In this document: one piece after another, positions 8,158 to 14,722 of the stretch | Position numbering within the stretch: the first letter of the stretch is position 1 | Layout of the letters: every line of letters begins with the position of its first letter | Assembly: GCF_029504745.1 (NCBI RefSeq) | Contig: NZ_JAQFIQ010000032.1 | Coordinates: 1-26,873, forward strand | Direction of reading: 5' to 3' | Source of the DNA: Breznakia sp. PF5-3 | Lineage (GTDB): Bacteria; Bacillota_I; Bacilli_A; Erysipelotrichales; Erysipelotrichaceae | DNA length: 26,873 nt | Notes under the pieces: generated by a model | Told to the model about the DNA's origin: nothing | The model's input: the letters and a program-made list of their open reading frames with translations, nothing else | Databases searched by the model: none | Translations under genes and position numbers: made by a program

Positions 8158-9998
8158 TACTTAACTCTTAAAAAATCCTTTTCTAATTCTTTTAGTGTCA
8201 ATTCAATCAATGTAGGTCGTCCATGAGGACAGTGGAATGGTTGTTCACATTTCCTTAAATCTTCAAGAACTTGTTTCATCTCTTCCATATTTAATGTGCG
8301 ATTAAAACGAATAGAAGAATGACATGCCATAGAAGCAAGTGCATGTTTACGAAGTTGTTCAATATTAATCTCTTCATTTTTTAAATATAAATCAATCATA
8401 TCTTGAATAAACTTTTCTTCTTCTACATCACTTACCCAAATCGGCAATGAGCGAACTACAAACGCATTGTCACCAAATACTTCTAGATGAATACCAATTT
8501 GATTCAATAAAGCATTCATATCATCTACTTGTTGAACCGCTTGCATAGTTGATTCAATTGTTAAAGGAACTAATAAATCTTGTTTATCTTTTACACCTCG
8601 TAATAAAGCTTTTTGAATTTGTTCATAATGATAACGTTCTTGAGCAGCATGTTGATCAATGATATATAGACCTTCATCACCTTGGGCTAGAATATAACAC
8701 TTATGTAATTGTGCAAGAACAAACATATTTGGAAAAGAAGGATTGATTGCTTCTTCTACAATCTCTTCTACTGTTTCTAGCACTTCTTCTACTTCCACTT
8801 CTGCTGGTTTCACTTCTTCTTTTATTGTTTCAATTACTTCATTACTTACTTCTTCAACCGGATCTACATCCGTTTTAACATATGGTCGAAAGCTTTCATT
8901 TACTTCCTTATGAAGTTTTTGTGGAGTAATCGTATCACTTTGTTGGTATTGAAAATCAAAGCTTGGTGTATCTACCTTTTCAAAACGTTCTTGACGAACT
9001 ACTTTATTTACTTCAAGTTTTTCACGCAATGCTTCACCTAACGATTCTTTAATTAAATATTCCAACTGTTTTTCTTTTGATAAACGAATCTCCCATTTAC
9101 TTGGATGTACATTTACATCAACCAATTGAGGATCCATTTGAATATTTAAAACGGCGATAGGATAACGATCATTTGGAATATATGGCGCATATGCATCTGT
9201 AATCGCTTTTTGTAAGCGATAAGAGCGAATCATTCGATTGTTCACAAACAACAACATATAGTACTTTGTCGCCCTTGTATGTGAAGGTTGTACAATATAC
9301 CCATGTAACTTATAATCTTGATCATCAGCATTTACTTCAATGGCAGCTTTGGCAATATCACGTCCATAAATATTCATTATCACTTCTTGCGTATTTCCAT
9401 TTCCACTACTCATAAACGATCTTTTTTCATCATTCATTAAAGTAAAAGAAATATTTGGATATGCCAATGCAAATTTTTGCACAACATCACTGATTAATGA
9501 ATATTCATATTGTGCTGTTTTTAAATGCTTAAACCGTGCTGGTGTTCTTTGAAATAAATTTTTCACAATGATTTGAGTTCCTTTAGGAGTACCTATTGGT
9601 CCTGCTTTCACTAGCTTTCCATAATCAATTTCCACAAGTGTCGCTTCCTCACCATTGTTTGTCTTCAACTCTACATGAGCAACTGATGCAATAGAAGGTA
9701 GTGCTTCACCACGAAATCCCATTGTTGAAATCTTCCAAAGATCTTGAACATCTTTAATCTTACTTGTTGCATGACGTTCAAAAGCAAGCGTTGCATCAGC
9801 AGCACTCATCCCATCACCATTGTCAATAACCATCATCTGCTCAATACCACCTTGCTTTGTTTGAATCTCAATCACTGTTGCGTTCGCATCGATTGCATTT
9901 TCCACAAGCTCTTTGATAACACCAACGGGTCTTTCAACTACTTCACCAGCCGCAATCATATTGGTTAAATGGGGATCTAAGCGCTGAATTTTACTCAT
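8157..9998 (-). CDS. mutL: DNA mismatch repair protein MutL (endonuclease-type)
   Basis: N-terminal GHKL motif IAAGEVVERPVGVIKELVENAIDA. C-terminal DQHAAQERYHYEQ endonuclease motif and CPHGRP. Confidence 0.95.
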   Translation of the reverse strand: MSKIQRLDPHLTNMIAAGEVVERPVGVIKELVENAIDANATVIEIQTKQGGIEQMMVIDNGDGMSAADATLAFERHATSKIKDVQDLWKISTMGFRGEALPSIASVAHVELKTNNGEEATLVEIDYGKLVKAGPIGTPKGTQIIVKNLFQRTPARFKHLKTAQYEYSLISDVVQKFALAYPNISFTLMNDEKRSFMSSGNGNTQEVIMNIYGRDIAKAAIEVNADDQDYKLHGYIVQPSHTRATKYYMLLFVNNRMIRSYRLQKAITDAYAPYIPNDRYPIAVLNIQMDPQLVDVNVHPSKWEIRLSKEKQLEYLIKESLGEALREKLEVNKVVRQERFEKVDTPSFDFQYQQSDTITPQKLHKEVNESFRPYVKTDVDPVEEVSNEVIETIKEEVKPAEVEVEEVLETVEEIVEEAINPSFPNMFVLAQLHKCYILAQGDEGLYIIDQHAAQERYHYEQIQKALLRGVKDKQDLLVPLTIESTMQAVQQVDDMNALLNQIGIHLEVFGDNAFVVRSLPIWVSDVEEEKFIQDMIDLYLKNEEINIEQLRKHALASMACHSSIRFNRTLNMEEMKQVLEDLRKCEQPFHCPHGRPTLIELTLKELEKDFLRVK

Positions 9999-10014
9999 AA
10001 TAACACCTCATTTC

Positions 10015-12531
10015 TTATTGTTTCTTCAATTCATTTAAAAAATTCAATGCCTCTAAAGGCGTCATTTGATCAACATTAGCTTGATCTAATAAATTTACAA
10101 TTGCTTTCGCATGCGTATCTTCTTTTTGAATATTCTCACGCATCTCCACATGTAAATCAACTTCTTCTTTTTGCACATTCGCAAGAATTTGCTGTGCTCT
10201 ATCCAATACTGCTGAAGGTAGTTTTGCTAAACGGGCAACATTCACTCCATAAGATTTATCAGCTCTTCCTTCTTTAATCTTATAAAGGAAGATGACTTCA
10301 TCATCTACTTCTTCAACATCTACTGTTAAATTCTTAATTCCGCTATATTTATCTTCCAATGCTGTTAACTCATGATAATGTGTAGAAAACAACGTCTTTG
10401 CTTTGGTATGTTCATGGATATATTCCAACATTGCATATGCCAATGACATTCCATCATATGTTGATGTTCCTCGACCAATCTCATCAAATAAAATTAAGGA
10501 ATTATCCGTAGCGTTCTGTAATGCATAATTTGCTTCCATCATTTCCACCATAAAGGTTGAATGACCACTCATAATATCATCACTAGCTCCAATTCTTGTG
10601 AAGATTTTATCGAAAATTGGTAACTCACATGTCTGAGCAGGAACAAAACATCCAATTTGTGCCATGATGACGGTCAATGCTACCTGTCGCATATATGTCG
10701 ATTTACCACCCATATTCGGTCCTGTAATAATCATGATTTGATCTTCTTCTCGCATTTCTAAATCATTCGCTACATACCTTTTTTCTTTCATTGTCTTATC
10801 TAAGATAGGATGACGATTTTCCACTAGTTTCACCTCATGTGCTTTGGTAAAGACAGGACGTATATAACCATTTTCACTTGCTACAACACTCATTGCATAC
10901 AACGCATCAATGCAAGAAATAGCCTTTGCTAACTCATGCAATTTAGGTAAGTAGATACGAATCATTTCTAATAATTGCTGATATAATTCATTCTCTAAAC
11001 GAACTGCCTTTTCCTCAGAGTGTAAAATCATATCTTCTTTTTCTTTTAACTCAGCCGTAATAAAACGCTCTGCATTCGCCAACGTTTGCTTTCGCTCATA
11101 TCCAAATTCATCTTTAATCTTATTTAAATTTCCACTACGTACTTCAATATAATATCCAAAGATTCGATTATATCCTATCTTCAAAGATGTTACACCTGTA
11201 CGTTCTCGCTCTTTTGCTTCAAGATCTAAAATAAACTTTTTCCCAGAATTCTTAATTGTTCGATATTCATCCAATTCTTTATGATATCCATCAACAAAAA
11301 CTCCACCATCTTTAACATTTACAGGTGGTTCTTCCACAAGAATTCCATCTAACTTTTCAAACAAATCATGACATACATCCACAGTTGCAAACTCTTTATA
11401 TGCTCCACAGTCTTTAAAAATATCCATGACCATCGGTGCATAACGCAGAGTAGAAATAAGCCTTAAAATATCTCTAGGATTTGCATTTCCATAAGCTATT
11501 TTAGCACTTAAGCGTTCCATATCATAAATGTTTGTTAAACATTCTTTTAACTCATCTTTCAATAAAAAGTTAAAGTTTAAAAATTCAATTGCATCCAATC
11601 GTTGATTAATCTTAGCTTCATTAATTAATGGATACGTTATCCATTTCTTTAACGTTCTACTTCCCATACTTGTTTTCGTATGATCCATAAAACTCCACAA
11701 CGTTTGAGACTTTGAATTCGTTCTTACGGGTTGAATCAATTCTAAATTTAATTTTGTAGAGTAATCCATCTGTAAGAACAATTCATCTTGAATAAGTTCT
11801 ACCCTTCCTAGATGCGACATATGACGTTTTTGTGTATTATCTAAATAATTACTTAAAATAGCAAATCCTGTTTTTATATGCTCATCATCAATACCTTCAA
11901 TTAAATCAAAATATTCTTTCTTCAATACAATATTATTTTCATTTGATATTGTAATCGCACCCAAATTTTCAATCATCTTGATTGCCTTCTTATCAAAAAA
12001 TTCCTGTACTACCACTTCACGTACATTCATCGATAACAATGTTTTTTGGAGGGATTGCAAGCTACGATCAATCGTTTTAGCACTCACCTCACCACAAGTC
12101 ATTTCACAAAAGGTAACAGCAAACCCATACTTAAAATCATAAACCGATGCAATATACGCATTATCCATTGCATCATTGGCTTCTTCCATGATTGTTCCAG
12201 GCGTTACGATCTTCACCACATCACGCTTTACTATCTTTCCAGCACTAGCATCTTCCATCTGTTCAACAATCGCAACCTTATACCCTTTTTGTGTCAGTCT
12301 TTGAATATAACCTGTTGCAGCATGGTATGGAATTCCACACATCGGAATCCGCTCTTCCACCCCAGCATTCCTACCAGTAAGAACCAAATCCAATTCATTT
12401 GACGCCGTCTTTGCATCATCAAAAAACATCTCATAAAAATCCCCTAAGCGATAAAAAACAATACAATCCTGTAAGTTTTTCTTCACCTCTAAATATTGCT
12501 GCATCATCGGTGTATATTTCTTTTCTGACAT
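10015..12531 (-). CDS. mutS: DNA mismatch repair protein MutS
   Basis: TPMMQQYLEVK N-terminus and Walker A ITGPNMGGKSTYMRQ. The ORF is open to 12558, but AAGGAG precedes the ATG at 12531, and a TGnTATAAT box at 12559..12567 sits immediately upstream of the 12558 ATG. I therefore call the shorter start. Confidence 0.95.
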   Translation of the reverse strand: MSEKKYTPMMQQYLEVKKNLQDCIVFYRLGDFYEMFFDDAKTASNELDLVLTGRNAGVEERIPMCGIPYHAATGYIQRLTQKGYKVAIVEQMEDASAGKIVKRDVVKIVTPGTIMEEANDAMDNAYIASVYDFKYGFAVTFCEMTCGEVSAKTIDRSLQSLQKTLLSMNVREVVVQEFFDKKAIKMIENLGAITISNENNIVLKKEYFDLIEGIDDEHIKTGFAILSNYLDNTQKRHMSHLGRVELIQDELFLQMDYSTKLNLELIQPVRTNSKSQTLWSFMDHTKTSMGSRTLKKWITYPLINEAKINQRLDAIEFLNFNFLLKDELKECLTNIYDMERLSAKIAYGNANPRDILRLISTLRYAPMVMDIFKDCGAYKEFATVDVCHDLFEKLDGILVEEPPVNVKDGGVFVDGYHKELDEYRTIKNSGKKFILDLEAKERERTGVTSLKIGYNRIFGYYIEVRSGNLNKIKDEFGYERKQTLANAERFITAELKEKEDMILHSEEKAVRLENELYQQLLEMIRIYLPKLHELAKAISCIDALYAMSVVASENGYIRPVFTKAHEVKLVENRHPILDKTMKEKRYVANDLEMREEDQIMIITGPNMGGKSTYMRQVALTVIMAQIGCFVPAQTCELPIFDKIFTRIGASDDIMSGHSTFMVEMMEANYALQNATDNSLILFDEIGRGTSTYDGMSLAYAMLEYIHEHTKAKTLFSTHYHELTALEDKYSGIKNLTVDVEEVDDEVIFLYKIKEGRADKSYGVNVARLAKLPSAVLDRAQQILANVQKEEVDLHVEMRENIQKEDTHAKAIVNLLDQANVDQMTPLEALNFLNELKKQ

Positions 12532-12558
12532 AACTTCTCCTTCTTCTATAACTATCAT

Positions 12559-12567
12559 ATTATACCA
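12559..12567 (-). promoter_or_regulatory. Extended -10 promoter (TGGTATAAT) for mutS-mutL-miaA
   Basis: Minus strand TGGTATAAT lies ~28 nt upstream of the preferred mutS ATG. No convincing -35 element. Confidence 0.5.
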
Positions 12568-12589
12568 TAAATATTGCTATCCCTCTGGC

Positions 12590-12616
12590 ACAAAAAGAAA
12601 AAGAGTATTACTCTTT
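12590..12616 (-). terminator. Weak terminator-like hairpin at the end of the 130-aa lipoprotein gene
   Basis: Minus strand AAAGAG-TAATA-CTCTTT then TTCTTTTT. The stem is short and AT-rich and overlaps the stop codon. Confidence 0.4.
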
Positions 12617-13000
12617 TCCTTGATAATTATTAATTAAATCCCAAAGCTTTTCAGCCGCTTTTTCATCTACTGTACTTTTCATATCATCATCATTTTTTGA
12701 ACTCTCATAACCAATCGTTCCATCTTGATAAATAAAGTACGTATCCATTTCTCCATCTCTTTGAATATAAATAGCAACAAAATCCGTAGTTGTTTCTTCA
12801 AAGTCATCTTTAAACTCTAAGCCATCCAAATCTTCAACAAACTTTTCATAATCATTTTCATCTACTGGAATCGATTCCATCGATCCACTATCATCTACGG
12901 CTCGATTAATTGCCATACCTTCAATATCATCCACATTCACACTACTAGAACCACATCCAACTAAACCAATAAACAATAATCCTATTATTAGCTTTTTCAT
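12608..13000 (-). CDS. Small acidic lipoprotein, function unknown
   Basis: Lipobox LLFIGLVGCGSS and AAGGAG RBS. I recognise no family. Confidence 0.75.
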   Translation of the reverse strand: MKKLIIGLLFIGLVGCGSSSVNVDDIEGMAINRAVDDSGSMESIPVDENDYEKFVEDLDGLEFKDDFEETTTDFVAIYIQRDGEMDTYFIYQDGTIGYESSKNDDDMKSTVDEKAAEKLWDLINNYQGKE

Positions 13001-13080
13001 AAGTTCTCCTTCCTTGGTATTTTTCTAAATTGTATCATACCATTTTATATAATAGAAAGAATTGCTATGAATAAACATAT

Positions 13081-13119
13081 TAAAAACCTCATAAGTTTAA
13101 TTTTTTCCTTATGAGGTTT
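13081..13119 (-). terminator. Intrinsic terminator after the 262-aa lipoprotein gene
   Basis: Minus strand AACCTCATAAG-12 nt-CTTATGAGGTT (11-bp stem) followed by TTTTTAAT. Confidence 0.8.
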
Positions 13120-13132
13120 CTTTACTTCAATA

Positions 13133-13921
13133 TTAATTATTCATATCTTTGAAATCTTTAAAGTCTGGGAAATCAATATCTTTATTCTTAAAGCTATCAT
13201 ACTTAATGTTAGCTGCCATTGATACTTCTCCCTTTTCTCCAAGATATTCCATTGTTACTTTAAATGTAATATCTTGTTCTTTAATATAACCATCTTTATT
13301 GATTACATACTTAATTTTATAATTTTTGATATCCATATTCTCTTCATCAAATGAACTACTTCCCATCGTATCTTCCATTTGTTCCATTACCAATTCTTTA
13401 ATTTCATCATCTTTTAATTCAATTGTAACAATTTTATCATCACCATCTTTTTTCATTTTAATACTATCAATTTGTTCTTCCACTAATAGTGCAAGATTTG
13501 TTTGCTCTTGCAATGAATCTAATTCTGTAAATTCTGAATCATCCATCTTCACTTTATATCCTGACATTTCCATATATACATTTCCATCTTTAATATAAAC
13601 GGTTGCCTTTTGATTTGTCTTTGACATTGTCATGTCCAATTCCATCATACCTTCTAATTTATCCATATCACCTAAATTATTAAAGATAAAATCATAATTC
13701 ATTGTAATCTCTTCACTCTCATCATCAACTTCAGCTTTCATTTCAAGTTCCATTGTTCCAGCATTTGAATCTGCTTCATTTGTTTTCTTCATTGCTGTCT
13801 CTAATTCTTTAATCATGTCTTTTTTGCTTACTTTTTCTCCATCTCCTGAAGAACCAGAACACCCTACCATTCCAACTAAGCAAATAACTGCTAATGCCAA
13901 ACTCATTATTCTCTTTTTCAT
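13133..13921 (-). CDS. Acidic lipoprotein, function unknown (possibly a LolA/LppX-like fold)
   Basis: Lipobox LVGMVGCSGSS and AGGAGG RBS. The mature part is highly D/E/K-rich with a beta-rich pattern. The fold assignment is only an impression. Confidence 0.8.
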   Translation of the reverse strand: MKKRIMSLALAVICLVGMVGCSGSSGDGEKVSKKDMIKELETAMKKTNEADSNAGTMELEMKAEVDDESEEITMNYDFIFNNLGDMDKLEGMMELDMTMSKTNQKATVYIKDGNVYMEMSGYKVKMDDSEFTELDSLQEQTNLALLVEEQIDSIKMKKDGDDKIVTIELKDDEIKELVMEQMEDTMGSSSFDEENMDIKNYKIKYVINKDGYIKEQDITFKVTMEYLGEKGEVSMAANIKYDSFKNKDIDFPDFKDFKDMNN

Positions 13922-13992
13922 AATCTCCTCCTATTGGTTTTTATACCTTTTCTTTCAAGACATCTTTCTTTTTTTACGTCTTTCACCAATAA

Positions 13993-14019
13993 CACACGAT
14001 TCAATTACAAAAAGTTTCA
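13993..14019 (-). promoter_or_regulatory. Candidate ECF-type promoter upstream of the 262-aa lipoprotein gene
   Basis: Minus strand TGAAACTTTTT...(15-nt spacer)...CGTGTG. It shares the 11-mer TGAAACTTTTT with the candidate promoter of the ECF sigma gene at 18476..18504. Confidence 0.3.
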
Positions 14020-14076
14020 ACAAGTTTTATTTTTTTAATAATTTTAATTAATCAAGTTTTTTATAAATAATGCCTA

Positions 14077-14591
14077 ATCGAGTAGGAGGTAACTGATTAA
14101 TTCAGTTACCGACCTCTCACACCACCGTACGCTCTCAACTTACACGGTTAATTTTACACTCCCAAAGTTAAATTAGAAAGTGTCTACGTTTAAGTTGTCC
14201 ACTTTCTTGACATAGTACCACTTTGCTCATTGCGCATTACCGCAACTTCTTAACTACTACGACGCTTGCTGACTTCTCACTATTCGTTGTTACTACGATA
14301 TTTCTATCGCTAGTGAGACCTCCTAGGGTAAGGTCATATATCTTTCTTACCATGTACCCGCCACATTTACATTTCAAGCACTCTTTAGCCTATTGGAACT
14401 TCGGATCGTTTGGCACCCTTATCCATTCTTGACTCGCCTTATGTGATTCGTATTCCTCGGGTCGGTAGTTTGCACTCCAACTTCCTTCAGATTCCACCTC
14501 GCGATGGACACCCTTGTCTTCGGCTACGGGTTAGCGACTACACCCCCCACAGTGGACTTTCACCACTAGATATATGCCATGCCTAGCACAC
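14077..14591 (-). mobile_element. ORF-less group II intron, class C-like ribozyme (~515 nt; 3' boundary +/-15 nt)
   Basis: This is a GC-richer block with no long minus-strand ORF. The minus strand starts GTGTGCTAGGCATGG. It then has GGTGAAAGTCC, CAAGGGTGTCCATCGCGAGGTGGAATCTGAAGGAAG, GAGGAATACGAA, AATGGATAAG, CTTACCCTAGGAGGTCT, GAAGTCAGCA and CGTACGGTGGTGTG. These are in the same order as in my recollection of the O. iheyensis group IIC intron. A domain VI-like hairpin (14088..14110) and ...CCTACTCGAT lie at the 3' end. The 5' end lies 1 nt after a terminator U-tract. Confidence 0.8.
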
Positions 14592-14592
14592 C

Positions 14593-14626
14593 AAAAACAG
14601 GCAATATTTAAGAAAATATTGCCTGT
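14593..14626 (-). terminator. Intrinsic terminator of the ECF/transglutaminase operon; intron target site
   Basis: Minus strand ACAGGCAATATTT-TCTT-AAATATTGCCTGT (13-bp stem) followed by TTTTTG and then the intron GTGTG. Confidence 0.85.
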
Positions 14627-14629
14627 ATC

Positions 14630-14722
14630 TTATTTTCCCTTCTTCCTAACCTTCTTCACAATCACAATTCCAAGTGTTAATCCCAATGCACCACCAATTA
14701 TACTTGCTACTTTTATATTCAT
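14630..14722 (-). CDS. 30-aa single-pass membrane micropeptide (not in the ORF track)
   Basis: MNIKVASIIGGALGLTLGIVIVKKVRKKGK. The ATG overlaps the lipoprotein stop (TAATG). The ORF exactly fills the gap between that stop and the terminator. It has a hydrophobic core and a basic tail. Confidence 0.5.
   Translation of the reverse strand: MNIKVASIIGGALGLTLGIVIVKKVRKKGK

Noticed and set aside
8753-8861. Repetitive Glu/Val-rich stretch (EEV, VEEV) in mutL as a possible tandem repeat or insertion
   Set aside because: It corresponds to the disordered linker between the MutL N- and C-terminal domains, which is normally low-complexity and acidic. There is no exact DNA repeat unit.
9744-12402. Plus-strand ORFs 9744..9968 and 12046..12402
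   Set aside because: They lie antisense within mutL and mutS, whose identity is unambiguous. They are shadow ORFs.
12532-12558. Nine-codon N-terminal extension of mutS (MIVIEEGEV)
   Set aside because: The ATG at 12558 lies 1 nt downstream of the TGGTATAAT box and has no SD. The AAGGAG inside the extension serves the ATG at 12531.
13326-14051. Plus-strand ORFs 13326..13598 and 13815..14051
   Set aside because: They lie antisense to the lipoprotein gene and its upstream region. The translations are Ser/Ile/Phe-rich and low-complexity, with no RBS.
14088-14110. 9-bp hairpin GGTAACTGA/TCAGTTACC as an intrinsic terminator
   Set aside because: No U-tract follows on either strand. Its position after the DV 3' strand, and the following CCTAC...AT, fit domain VI of the intron better.
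14223-14432. 69-aa plus-strand ORF inside the GC-rich block
   Set aside because: It lies antisense to the intron ribozyme. It has no RBS and no resemblance to an RT/maturase, and its composition reflects the structured RNA. It is a chance ORF.
14077-14591. GC-rich non-coding block as rRNA fragment, tmRNA, RNase P RNA or another large ncRNA
   Set aside because: The minus strand starts with GTGTG and carries group II domain I and domain V strand motifs in the right order. It also sits after a terminator, as class C introns do. I saw no tRNA-like end, tag ORF or RNase P conserved regions.
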